From Octopus sinensis (taxonomy: Eukaryota): a stretch of 64,000 bases of DNA. Numbering within the stretch: position 1 is the stretch's first letter; each line of letters begins with the position of its first letter. Below, piece after piece: positions 39,681 to 52,512 of the stretch. The notes under the pieces are model-generated. The model searched no databases. It had not been told where the DNA came from and was given only the letters and a program-made list of their open reading frames with translations. Location of the stretch: NCBI RefSeq assembly GCF_006345805.1, contig NC_043009.1:46376001-46440000 (forward strand). Reading direction: 5' to 3'. Both the position numbers and the translations under genes were made by a program.

Positions 39681-41129
39681 GCTTTTATATAATATAGATA
39701 TAATCTTTATTATCATTATTATTTTTATTATTAAAAATAATTTTTAGACTGATTCAGTCCAAGCATATTATTATGGGATGTGGGTGTGTCCAAGCATATT
39801 ATTTTGGACGGCCATTTAATTGTAATAAAGTTGGAAACGAAATTAATATGCTTTTCATTCAAACACTGTAAATTACGAAACACTCAGCTGTATATTTCTT
39901 GTTATTAGCAGCGTAAATGTATGGGATGTGGGTGTGTGAATATATGTGTGTATGAAAGAGTGCGTGGATATGTAAATCTGGGTATGTAAATCTGTTTTTG
40001 TTTCCGTGAGATATGTTAAATTAGTGCAGTGCGATTTGGGACAGTCTTGCAGCCTATTCCTAACAGGTCGTTGACTCGAACAGATTGTGTTTTCTTTTAA
40101 CTGCAAATAACAAATAAATGAATGAAAGCAATTTAAGAAAAGGAAAAAGAAGAGCATACTGCAACAACAATTGCATTATGATAACACAGAGAAGGCATTC
40201 AAGAATTGCAGTTTGCAACAGTGCCAGATTATTTAACCGTACCAATATAAGCTGCAATAATATAGCCGTTGGGGGAAAACAGCAGACATCAAGAGCAAAA
40301 ACAAAAATACAAAACAAGCAACAGCTGCAATAACTATAACAAGTATGTAAAAAATGATAGCGTTGGCAATATGCCATTAGTGTGCAATGGTGGTTTTGCA
40401 GCTAGCTGCTGCTATATTAGAATTCTCGATGCAGCTCTTGTTTTTGCTTGCTTCTGTTTATATTACTTCAGCTGATGCATCTTAGAGAATGCACCGCCGC
40501 TTTTTTGTTTGCTTCACTTTTTAAAAGTTGTTTCCATGCAGCTAAATCTCAATTCTTCCAAGTTGTTGTTTACTCTGAAGTCCTCCCTCGTCGAGTAGAC
40601 CTATCATTCATATGCATTCCAAGCCGTCATTTTTGTGCATATGTTTATCATTTTTTTGTTTTTACCCCATATCATGGACAACATATTTCAATGCATCTTT
40701 ATCTTTAACCTTTAAACTCGTAGGTTGTGATTTATGGGACTTTTTGTATGCTTTCTCGATCAGGTCGGTCAGTCACATGGAGGCTCCAATCTTACTCATT
40801 GTAACAATGAGTTATTATCAGCTAATTCTGAGTCTTTATTGTTATGGCTGCAAATGTTGTTGTTAGCTCAAGGTCAGCTCTGATATTGTAGAATTGTTAT
40901 CGAAGGCATTGCATCACAACAAGACTACATATATTGTTTATAAGGCTGCAAGCAGGCAGATGGTTTGCGGTATTTCGACCGTCTTTACGTTCTAAGTATA
41001 CATTTGCCTTTCACAATTGCGGGACTATAGAATAAGTACCCGTTGAACACTGGAATTGATGTAATTGTCCAGTTCCCTCTCCTGAAATATCATGTGCAAA
41101 TAGTAGAAAGGATTATTATTATTATTGTT

Positions 41130-41685
41130 ATTATTATTATTGAGTGAGAGAGTAGTGCATGCCATCAAAGTGTCACCGGGGTAAAATATACGAAGCCCAG
41201 TATACCCATCATGACTACCCGTCTGATAAGGGTACACTAGGCATATGCATCACAACCATATGTGCGCGATATGGTGATCTCATATCAAGATAAATAGCGC
41301 ATGACCTGGAAGTGGGGCCCAGTTAAAATTTTCTTCTGGTCGAGTAGCCTATCCCGCTCAAACGGTCTCTGTTTAAGGATGTTGAACGAACCATCCATGT
41401 TTCCAAAGGTGAATTATCCAAACCTCTAAGAATTCCTTTCAACTCACGGCTATGTTGCTCCCCCACTACTTCTGCTTGTGATCAGAAATGCACATATCGT
41501 CAGCCACTAAGGACATGGTCAACTGGTTAAGGTCAAACAACTGCCAAGCAAATCTGTGGTACTGAGAAGAGTATTTGCTGTAGCTCATCTTTTATACCAA
41601 GCCAAAACAATGTACATGATAACACTTCCAATCAGTTAAGATCAGAAGCCATGAGAGTCACTGCCTGGTACTGCATCAGGGCATT

Positions 41686-41688
<3 letters not shown>
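41130..41688. mobile_element. About 560-bp non-coding element embedded in a TTA/TAA microsatellite (class unknown)
   Basis: Higher-GC complex sequence sharply bounded by (TTA)n and (TAA)n; no ORF; single copy in the window. Confidence 0.45.
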
Positions 41689-41727
<39 letters not shown>

Positions 41728-41765
41728 TAATAATAATAATTATAATATTATTATTATTATTATTA

Positions 41766-41789
<24 letters not shown>

Positions 41790-41796
<7 letters not shown>

Positions 41797-42343
41797 TAGT
41801 TTTATTTTTATTTTTATAGCGTGCTTTCACTTCATTACCGAGCGCAGCTCTGTGTGCCTTGGGTATGTGCTGTGATTTGTTGTGATGCTCTGATGGTTAT
41901 TGTATGGAAAGTGTTCTGCGTAGGATGTGTGCAGTGCCTAGTAGTGCAATTTTCTGTATGTTATATGTTTTTGTAAGTCCTGTGTTTTTTGTTATGTATT
42001 TGTCTGAATATTTTTTTTATCATGCCTATGCACCTACTAATGGATGTTTCTGTTCTGTTTTCAGATTCCACATTCTAGTTACCTCTATTTCCAGGTCTTT
42101 GTATTTTGAGAGTTTCTCCATTTCTTTTAGAGAAACGTTGTCATCTGCCGTATTGATACATCAATTAGAAAGCATTTTTTTCTTCATGATCTCTGACACT
42201 ATATCTGGTCTGTTGGCCTTAATTTCTCTATCTGTGTGTATCGGCATATCCCAGAGTATGGTTGCTTTCTCGTTTTCTCTGACCTTTTCTGGTGTGTGCC
42301 TATACCATCTTTTTTTGTTGTTATTCCATAATGTTGGCATAGC

Positions 42344-42345
<2 letters not shown>
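41790..42345 (-). mobile_element. Dong/R4 LINE, short 5'-truncated 3' end
   Basis: Homologous to 42437-42975 with scattered substitutions; separated from it by (TTA)n. Confidence 0.9.
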
Positions 42346-42375
<30 letters not shown>

Positions 42376-42383
42376 CATCATCA

Positions 42384-42436
<53 letters not shown>

Positions 42437-42442
<6 letters not shown>

Positions 42443-43725
42443 TAGTATATTTTTTTATAGCATGCTTTCACTTTACTACCGAGCGCAGCTCTGTGTGCCT
42501 TGGGTATGTGCTGTGATTTGTTGTGATGCTCTGATGGTTACTGCATGGAAAGTGTTCTGCGTAGGATGTGTGCAGTGCCTAGTAGTGCAATTTTCTGTAT
42601 GTTTATGTGTTTAAGTCCTGTGTTTTTGTTATGTATTTGTCTGAATATTTTTTTTATCATGCCTAATGCACCTATTATGATAGGAATTGTTTCTGATTTT
42701 AGATTCCACATTCTGGTTACCTCTATTTCCAGGTCTTTCTATTTTGAAAGTTTCTCCATTTCTTTTAGAGACATGTTGTCATCTGCTGGTATTGATACAT
42801 CAATTAGAAAGCATTTTTTTCTTCATGATCTCTGACAACTATATCTGGTCTGTTGGCCTCAATTTCTTTATCTGTGTGTATTGGCATATCCCAGAAAATG
42901 GTTGCTTTCTCGTTTTCTGTGACCTTTTCTGGTGTGTGCCTATACCATCTTTTTTCTGTTGTTATTTCATAATGATGGCATAGCTTCCAGTGTATATAGG
43001 TCCCAACTCTGTCGTTTCTGTGAATATATTCCTTCTTAGCCAGGACTGGGCAGCCAGAGATAATATGATTTATTGTTTCTTGTCCAACTCCACATATTCT
43101 GCAGTTACTTGTTATATTTTTTTTCATTACATGTTTTTGTTAATTTCTGGTGAGGAGGCTTTGGTCTTGTGCTGCAATTAAAAATCCTTCTTTCTCTGCT
43201 TTGAGTCCTGAGCTTCTCAACCATTGCTGGGATTTTTCTTTGTCTATTACTTTTGCATTTAGTTTAGCCCAGTATTTGCCATGAAGGGACTTTCCTTGCC
43301 ATCGTTTTAACATGGTTCTTTGCTGTTCTATTTTTAGTTTGGATTTCCTTTGTTTTATAGCTTTTGTTGTTTCTTCTTCTTCTTCATATTTGTTAGGTGG
43401 TATGATTTCTTGTTTGTATTTGTCAGCTTCCTTAAATACTGAGAACAGTTTTTTGTTTTGCTCGTGTTTTGCCGCTATTTGTATCTGAAGTAGATATTTT
43501 TGCATCCTATGGTGGTTATTTTATAATAGTTTTCCAGCTGTATAAGGCCTCTACCACCTTCTATACGTTGTATATATAGCCTTTCTATGTCAGATTTTGG
43601 GTGATGCATCCTAGATTCTGTCATTATTTTTCTTGTTTTCCTATCTATTTTGGTCAGTTCATTTAGTGTCCAGTTAAGGATATTGTAGCTGTAGTTCATT
43701 TAGTGTCCAGTTAAGGGTATTGTAG
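42437..43725 (-). mobile_element. Dong/R4 LINE 3' portion (thumb, CCHC finger, REL endonuclease), flanked by (TTA)n
   Basis: GGRGL, WLRSSGLKAEKEGFLIAAQDQSL, CRICG...ETINHIISGC, NRPDIVV (PD-(D/E)xK start). Confidence 0.93.
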
Positions 43726-43728
43726 CTG

Positions 43729-43784
<56 letters not shown>

Positions 43785-44464
43785 GGTGATGGGCCGGTAA
43801 AATCGTTATAATGTTTAGACGCATTTCTTTTGAACCTTTACAATTTAAATAAGAATAAGGCGAGATAAACTTTTCATCCTTTCGGAATCCATAAAAATAA
43901 CGTACTAGTCAAGTATTGGAGATGATATCATTAATTAATTAATTCCTCTGCTATTAACTGCTGGCTAGAGCCAAAACTTGAGACAGTTATTATTGTTAAT
44001 ATTATTATTTTGTTAAGAGAGTTGGCTGTTATTTTAGTGAGATTTGTCAGCTATTTCTTGTTGATCGAGAAATGACTAGACCCTTCTTATGTGTTAATGT
44101 TGCATTACGCAAGGTGAAAATATAATGCACATTTCATGATACAAAAGCATCGAACGCATAACCACTTGATTGCATGAGGATTTTTTTAACAATTTGACTA
44201 AGACTCTGCCTAAGCTTTCGCAAAATTACAGATTTATAACTCCTTTTGGTTACGTACACAAATGGACGAATACACGGCTGCGTACTGTAGCCTCACGTTG
44301 TCTACTGTCTTTTGACTGAAATTCGATAGACAGAAAATGTGGAAGTCTGTCATATGTATGTGTGTGTGTGTGTATGGGTGTGTGTGTTTGTGTGTATGAG
44401 AGTCTGTATGTTTTGTATGCGTGGAATGTTTGTGTGTGCTTGTTTGTATGTATACATATATAAT

Positions 44465-44498
<34 letters not shown>

Positions 44499-44621
44499 AT
44501 ATATATATACAAATATATACATATATATATTATATATATATATTCATATACACATATATATATATAAATATTCATACATATACGTACATACGTACCTGCC
44601 AAAATGCATGCATGCATACTA

Positions 44622-44701
<80 letters not shown>

Positions 44702-44931
44702 TGTGTGGTGTGTGTGTGTGAATTTCATTACAAACAACATGGACCAAATTTCTTCTTAAGAAAAAATATATTCATGTAAATTAAACATTATATCATGAAT
44801 AGCGATTGCGAAACCGGTCGATACATTAAAAATTATATTATAACCATGTAAGTGTGCGTATTTTCCTTTTTTAATTTCTTATATACATACATGTATTGGG
44901 TATACATGTAGATGGGTTGGAATTGTGTACA

Positions 44932-45120
44932 AATTCTATATATTAAGAAAAAGAAAGCAGTCAATATTTGGGTGAAAATCATTCAATTAGCGCTTTACTC
45001 CCTTCAAAGGATTGATCATGGCTCATTCATAATGAATCCCTTAAAGGGATGAAAGCGCTAATGAAATAGAGTTTATTCAAACCCTGGCTATCTTCTATTT
45101 CTTCCTATATATAAAAGAAT
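44932..45120. repeat. Diverged foldback with PLE-end-like core
   Basis: TTAGCGCTTTACTCCCTTCAAAGGATT / AATCCCTTAAAGGGATGAAAGCGCTAA. Confidence 0.7.
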
Positions 45121-45264
45121 ATGAGATTACAAAGGAATAAACGATTATCTTGAGAATTTATTAGCTTACATCTGTTTCTGATATAAGATGAAGTGGACTC
45201 ATCAGCGGTGCCTCGAATATAAAGTGCAATTTAATTGGGAAAGGAACTACATTTATGCACATAT

Positions 45265-45294
<30 letters not shown>

Positions 45295-45296
<2 letters not shown>

Positions 45297-45790
45297 GCTA
45301 CCAGATATACCCGGCGTTTCTCGGGTATATAGCGATGGAATTTAGAATAAAAACAATAGCGAAATTATATTTCATATTTCTTAATACGACCGGCAGAAAG
45401 TAAATAAGAAATTTTTACGGAAAATAATAAATTCTACGGGCTGAATTGAAATTTGTCAGTGAACCAAAGATCCAGAATCGAAGGAACGAGAAAAAAGCCG
45501 TTAACAACAGAAAAATACAAGACGGTTGCAAAAGTAAAGATAGGGAAAGTAACTAAGTGTACGGATTTAAGTGAAAGTTTTTTGAAGTTGCTTCTGTCAG
45601 CGACTTATGATCATACTTTTGTATAGTAAATTATGTATGAAATTACTTTCATAAGTAATTTTGAACTTCTTTCTGTCAGTAATTTGTCGTTGTAGTTTGT
45701 AAATAGAGGTTGAAAACAATAGCGATGGAACTTAGAGTAAAAACAATAGCCACTGAAAAATGAAAGTGAAAACAATAGAAAGTGAGCGAG
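45295..45790 (+). mobile_element. HINE/Helentron-like element
   Basis: CTACCAGATATACCCGGCGTTTCTCGGGTAT start; internal repeat ATAGCGATGGAA(T/C)TTAGA...AAAACAATAGC. Confidence 0.5.
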
Positions 45791-46572
45791 ATATATAAAT
45801 AAAGAGAGAGAGAGTGAGAGAGCTAGTTAGACAAATAAGATAGATATAGATTAATAGATACAGAGAGATAGATAGATATAGTGATATATATATTTATATA
45901 TTAATACTTAACACCAAGCTAACATGGCAGTCCAGGAAAATAGGACGGTATACAGGCATACATCCACACACATGCATATACGTATACACATATATATACA
46001 TATGTTCACACGCAACACATACACAAACACACACACATACACACACACATACACACACACATACACACATACACACATACATATATATATAAAAATCCTC
46101 CTATCACACACCTACAACCGCAGATATACATGTATATGCATATCCGTATAAAAGAAGGGTATGTTTGCATGAAATTTGCTCTTCTGCACCGGACACAGTC
46201 CTACACTCATTTACATACATACACGTGTACACATATATACACACGCACACAAATACACATTTAATATATCATACACACACACACACACACACACAACACA
46301 CACACACATATATATATATATTATATATATATATATATATACTCACACACGTACACCTTCGAGTACGGTTTTGAGCACCCCAACATCACGGATAGAATTC
46401 GCACTTTTTCTATGTTCCTGCACAAAATTTCCATGTCTTAACATTTTTTATTGTCTTATATATGTTTTTTTACATTTTTCTTTTTTAATTGTGTGAATGT
46501 GTACGTGTGTGAGTATATGTATATGTATGTATGTATGTGTTTGTGTATATATACATATGTGTGTGTGTGTGT

Positions 46573-46612
<40 letters not shown>

Positions 46613-46661
46613 AAATAAAAAGAGAGAACAAAGCCAATGACATTTATAAACAGGAAAGTTA

Positions 46662-46709
46662 GTCTTACAGCTGTTTCTGGGATATCAGGGATACCCCTTC
46701 ATCAGAGAC
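46662..46709 (-). ncRNA. Minimal type I hammerhead ribozyme, canonical core
   Basis: GUCU-CUGAUGA-A-GGGGUAUC(CCU)GAUAUCCC-A-GAAA-CAGCUG-UA^-AGAC: 4-bp stem I, 8-bp stem II, palindromic stem III, GUA triplet. Confidence 0.65.
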
Positions 46710-46949
46710 GATGTGAGATAGTTAAATGGAGAGAAATATCAGAGTTCAATATTAGAAGTTGTTTTGAAAAAGGAAGCAAGTAAGGAGTATATAGGGAAAT
46801 AGGAAGATGAATGTAGAAATACAAATAAAAATGTATAAAGATGTTATAGCTGCAGTTCCATTATCCAAAGGAAGTTGTGTCTAGAATAAAGGTAATATTA
46901 ATAAAATAAACATTAGGTAACAGGAAATGTTTATATATATATTTTTTAT

Positions 46950-48900
46950 TTATTTATCTAGTTTCAGCTCACAAGCGGTGGCCATGCTGGGGCACCACCA
47001 TTTGGTGTTGCTACATGATTTTACTTCACGAATGCTTTTTAGCAATTGCCATTTGGTGCATGGGATTTTTCAATTTCCAATAGTTTTATTTTCAGGTGGG
47101 ACTTTTCACTGCTTTCAATTTGCTTGTTTAGGCGATTTGAAACTTTTGTACGCCGTCTCATTAGAATTTTCCTCTCTCTGGGGATTTTGCTCTTGTGTAC
47201 AGTGGCCTTTCTCTCTGGGACACATTTGTAGCATATGGCTTGCATTACAGACATGAATTGTTGAAGTTTCATGTCGATGTCTGGCGAGGATAGACATTCA
47301 GGCCAGTTTTGTTTGAGGATCTCTTTCTCAATTTGTTTGCCTTATGGAAGTTCAAGCTGGAAAGATTCTGAGAGTTTCTTGTAGGCTGCATGTCCATGCT
47401 TTCCTTTGGCCCGTACATGGTCAGCTCTACCATGTTGTGATCCGAGAGTAGTGTCGGTGTCACTTTCACATTATGGATAAGATCCATATTATTTGTGAAG
47501 CAGAGATCCATAAGAAGTCTCCCATAAGAAGTACACTTATGTGTTGTTCTAATGTGACTAGAACTTCTATTTTTATAAGGCAGTCTTCAAACTTGCCTAA
47601 ATGGCTTGGGGCATCTGGAGGGCGATATGTAGCACATATAACTACACCAAGTTGCCTTATATGTACAATTAGTGTGTCACACACCGAATTTGAGTATGAC
47701 AAAAGGACCTGGGGTGTGAGGTCCTCACGGATGTACATAGCAACTCCTCCATGACTCCTTTCTTTTCTGTCGGTCTGTAGTACAACATACTGTGGTATGT
47801 GTATTTCCTTATCTGCTATGTCCGGTTTCAGGTGTGTTTCCGTAGGTGCTATGCATAAGGCTTGATTGCATGCAACAAAGTCTCTCAAGAACGGGATTTT
47901 TGTCCTGTTACTGAGTGTTAGCAGTCCTCTGATGTTCAGGAGGAGCATCGAGGTGAGGTGTATGCTGTTGCCGGCGGTGTCCACCTTGGGTCTATTGGCT
48001 GTGGCGGTCTTGAGTATTGTGGATAGGCCCATCTGCGAGTTTGAGTTTGATGGAGCCAGGTTAGCTGCTGTACAATCTTTTGTGCCATGCACAAAAACGA
48101 TTCTTGTTCAGCAGATGCCCTTTCAATAACATGTTGGCAGTTTGTAACATGCACTACATCTGCGTACCTCCGTTTTGGGGAAGATGGTGCGTGGTCCATC
48201 TCTTTTCCGTTTGATAGTTGGTTTCCGACCTGTTTCGTGTTTCTGCGGCAGGGTCCCCGATGTGCAAAACGGCAGCCTGCACCTTCCTCTCAATGTCAGC
48301 AGACACCTCTCAGGTAGAACCTACACACCCGTGTGCGCTGTCTGTTTCCATCCTTTTTGGTACATGGATAGTCAGGTTTGCTTCTATCCTTGGCTGTTTC
48401 AGTTTTTGGTTTTGTTTGAGTTTTAGTTTTTCCTTCTTTGGCTGTTTCATCTTTTGTTTTTCTTTTAGTTTTTCCTCCTTTTATTTCTTTTTTGGCTCTT
48501 TCATCTCCATGGCTTTTGGTGCTGGTAGGAGCACCTGCACTTGGGTTTACTTCCCGGGCAGGTTTCTCACTTGAATCTTCTTCCTGGGTGTCTACCAAGT
48601 GGGGGTGACTTCTTTCATCAGCACCCGCGTCTCCATCCTTGCCTTCTTTACTTTGTTCGTTGTTAAAGATGACATCAAGCGTACCAATGTGAAACCTTAT
48701 GAGTGCATAGGAGCGTATAAATTCCTGCTTCTTTCGCTCTATCTGAGCTATTGTCCTTTTATATCCACTGCTCTTCAGCGCAGCTGTAATTATGTTGTTC
48801 AGATTTTCTCCGTCGGCGCATTACCAGGCTCTCAGGAACAACGCCAATTCATTACTTCTTCAGGTTCTGGACATTTTGGATATTTTATTTATTTATCTAT
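46950..48900 (-). mobile_element. CR1/L2-group LINE with ORF1, AP endonuclease and 3' tail, but the whole RT deleted
   Basis: ORF1 from about 48821 (ADGENLNNII...) with CRFYLRGVC...CRFAH finger; EN LLNIRGL, TETHL, GGVAMYI, TYRPP, LMGDF, DLCFTN, SDHNMV; linker joined at about 47068 to the ORF2 end and tail GCCCCAGCATGGCCACCGC...TGAAACTAGATAAATAAA. Confidence 0.92.
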
Positions 48901-49311
48901 CTAATTATATTTAAAATGTAATAGTGTGATAGAGGGCAGAGAAGAAATATAGAAAGAAAGTGTCTATGTATTTAGAGAGATTGAGAGCTGAGAGAAGATA
49001 AGAAGAGAGTAAGAGAGGAAAGTTCGCGACTATATATTTAGAAAAATTGAGAGGCTGAAAGAGGAAAGATGGTGTGACAGAGAGAAATAGAGAAGTGAAG
49101 AGACAAGGAAAGATTGAACGGCTGAGAGAAGAAAGATGGTGTGATAGAGAGAAAGAAAAGAAAGAGAGGAGGTTACGAAGCTGAAATATAAAATGAAAGA
49201 TTAAGAAAATGAAAGATTATTAACAGGAAAGCTGAAATAGAAAATGAAAGATTATTAACAGGATGTAAATTATAAATATATATACCTGACCGTAGCTACA
49301 AACGTTTTCTT

Positions 49312-49568
49312 CTAAACTAAACTAATTGAGACTATACTTCTAATGTTCGCGTCTATATATTTAGGGAGATTGAGGGGCTGAGTAAATATATATATATATA
49401 TATGAAGTAACAAATAAATATATGCCTATCTAAAATTGAATAATTTTAGAGAGATGTAACGGAGCTGAAACAGAAACCGAAAGATTATTAAAAATGTAAA
49501 CTAAGCTAATTGAGACTGTACTTCTAATGTTCGCGTCTATATATTTAGAGAGAGTGAGGGGCTGAGTA

Positions 49569-49606
<38 letters not shown>

Positions 49607-49737
49607 ACGTAACAAATAAATATATGCCTATCTAAAATTGAATAATTTTAGAGGGATGTAACGGAGCTGAAACAGAGATCGAAAGATTATTAAAGAATGT
49701 AAACTAAACTACTTGCGACTATACTTCTAATGTTCGC

Positions 49738-49741
<4 letters not shown>
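49312..49741. repeat. About 190-bp tandem repeat, 2.2 copies, containing a TA tract
   Basis: TAAACTAA...GACT(A/G)TACTTCTAATGTTCGCGTCT at about 49312, 49497 and 49700. Confidence 0.85.
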
Positions 49742-49806
<65 letters not shown>

Positions 49807-50482
49807 TATATATATATCTATATATATATGTATATATATATACAGAGAGAGAGGGAGAGGCGGTAGAAGAAAGTGAGGAAGTGAAGGAATTATTTAATTC
49901 TAAACATATAACATATGAAAGCGAAACAGAAATTGAAAGAAAGATATTCTCAGAATGTAAACAAAGATGGCGTCGTAAATCGTAACTGAGATGTTAGCTT
50001 ACATTAAAGGAAAATAAAAAATAATAAACAAAAATATGAAAACAATACTTATCATAAAAGGTACAGTCCAAACCCTCGTGCTTGTACAACAGAAAAGAAA
50101 ACAATTCTTTTTCCTTCTTACTTTTGGCTGGAGATAAATTAACGACTTGCCACAACGTGCTTTTTCGGTGAAGATTCTATCATGCGTAACTAACTTTACT
50201 GTATTATATTTGGCTTCAAGCAAAATATATTACGTTTTTAATTAATATATTTTTAATTAATGTATTTTAGTAGACTTTAAGAGTTAACAAGTTCTACGTT
50301 TTGTTACTTTTAGTAGATTATTTCGTCGATTTATGCAAACCTTTTTGTTTTTTCACAGAACAAAAGCAAACACGTCTTTCCTCTACGAAAACCGGAATAA
50401 ATAAATTGAAAATTACAATGAATTACTAAATGCCTTCATGCATAGCTGAGATGTAGGGAATATATATATATATTATATATAT

Positions 50483-50556
<74 letters not shown>

Positions 50557-50788
50557 TAAAGGCAGCTAAACCGGAACAAATTTAAATGGGGCATATCTGA
50601 AAATATAATCAGAGGTAATGATAATTTATTTGTGCGTTTAAGCAGTGAATCAGGAATCAGCTCAATATGTTATTAACTTGGCATATTTTAGTACTAAATA
50701 ATAAGACTAATTTTAGTATTAATAATACCAAATAATAAGACTAATGGAGAAATAACCCTAATTATATATCGGAAATAAAATACGCCAT

Positions 50789-50835
<47 letters not shown>

Positions 50836-51485
50836 ATATATATATATTATATATTATATATATACATATATACATACATATATAAGTAACGTCGAGTCAT
50901 ATAATCCCTGTATTAAACAGTTAAGAGGAGGTAATATGATATTTAACAAAAGCTCTTAATTTTCATAAATAATTGTAATATATATCACATAACATGCATT
51001 TAATTTGGTTGATCAGCTTACATGCAAAATCTAATTTGATACAAAGATTATGACGTCTTAAAGAGTAAGTTAAGTAAATTAAATCAAATAAACTAGTTAG
51101 AGTACATTATGAGACATAACATGCTTTCAGTTATGTAGAACAACTTACATGCAAAATGTATAGTTTTGTAGCCATTATCTCAACATATATTTCTAATCGG
51201 TATATTTTTACTACTTCTGAAGAGATTCATCTTATAATGACATTGATTTTATAAATTAATTATCTAAAGATTTATGAATCAAAACACCTGTCAGAGATAT
51301 TGTCATACTTTATAATTAATAAATAATTTTATTAATTACCTCTCCATTTTCTTTAAATATATAAATATATGAACCACAGTTTATATGGTTACCTTATAGT
51401 TGAATTCTCTATAAATTGGAACTAACAAGTATTTTCATTGGATTTATGATCCCTTAATGAGGTTTATTACCTTTACTTGATCTTG

Positions 51486-51520
<35 letters not shown>

Positions 51521-51530
51521 TATATATACA

Positions 51531-51585
<55 letters not shown>

Positions 51586-52035
51586 TACGAAATACGAAAG
51601 CACATGAATGAATACGAAGACAAACTTGGGTATGCGAACAACGAGAGAACCAAATGAAAAACAAGACATGTAACATAAAGAACGACCCTTCATCAGTTGT
51701 CGGCTGTCCATCTGCTTCTTGTTTCGAGCAATGATCGACAATATGAGGCTTCGAAAGCCAGTTGCTCTCGCGAACCAACATAAAACGTGGAGTTTGCGGA
51801 GGGTCAAAGTTGGTGATAAAAACAGGATAGTGGAGACATACAACAAATCAAAGAAGACAAACATGAAGGGCCGTTAGGCCAGACAAGGTAAAGTAGCGAA
51901 CGCTGGAGGAATATTGTCCTTGATTTCGTGTTGTTTTCGTATTTCATGTTGTTTACGTTTTGTGACGTCTTGTATTCATGTATGCATATATATATCTATA
52001 TATATATAGTATGTATGCATATACATATATATGTA

Positions 52036-52070
<35 letters not shown>

Positions 52071-52114
52071 ATAATATATATATATATATATATATATGGG
52101 TGTGTGTGTGTGAG

Positions 52115-52372
52115 CGTGACCGACCAGGCTATCAGATGTTGTTACACATCACTGGTGACAATGTGCTTCGCATTATTTTAGCCTCCAAATGACGCCACCT
52201 CGCTGGTTAAGCGAGCAGGCCGACAGAAGAAAGAGTGAGAGAAAGTTGTGGCGAAAAGAGTACAGCAGGGATCGCCACCATCTCCTAGCGGAGCCTCGTG
52301 AAGCTTAGGTGTTTTCGCTCAATAAACACACACAACGAGTCCGCTGCCCTAACCACGGGCCATTGCGCCTCC
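52115..52372 (-). mobile_element. tRNA-derived SINE (same family as 55426)
   Basis: Minus GGAGGCGCAATGGCCCGTGGTTAGGGCAGCGGACTCG...TTTATTGAGCGAAAACACCTAAGC. Confidence 0.88.
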
Positions 52373-52379
52373 ATATATA

Positions 52380-52427
<48 letters not shown>

Positions 52428-52439
52428 TATATATATTGT

Positions 52440-52512
<73 letters not shown>

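Noticed and set aside
45025-45063. Hammerhead-like motif with good stem II and GAAAGCGCUA; related motifs at about 34605, 44800 and 62670
   Set aside because: The CUGANGA box has two or more substitutions; kept only as PLE-end remnants, not ribozymes.
49963-49974. YY1-like motif / start context AAAGATGGCGTC
   Set aside because: Followed by a stop after three codons; an isolated motif with no other promoter evidence.
51690-51760. Possible type II hammerhead (GAAA upstream of CUGAUGA, minus strand)
   Set aside because: No NUH triplet or stem III can be formed.
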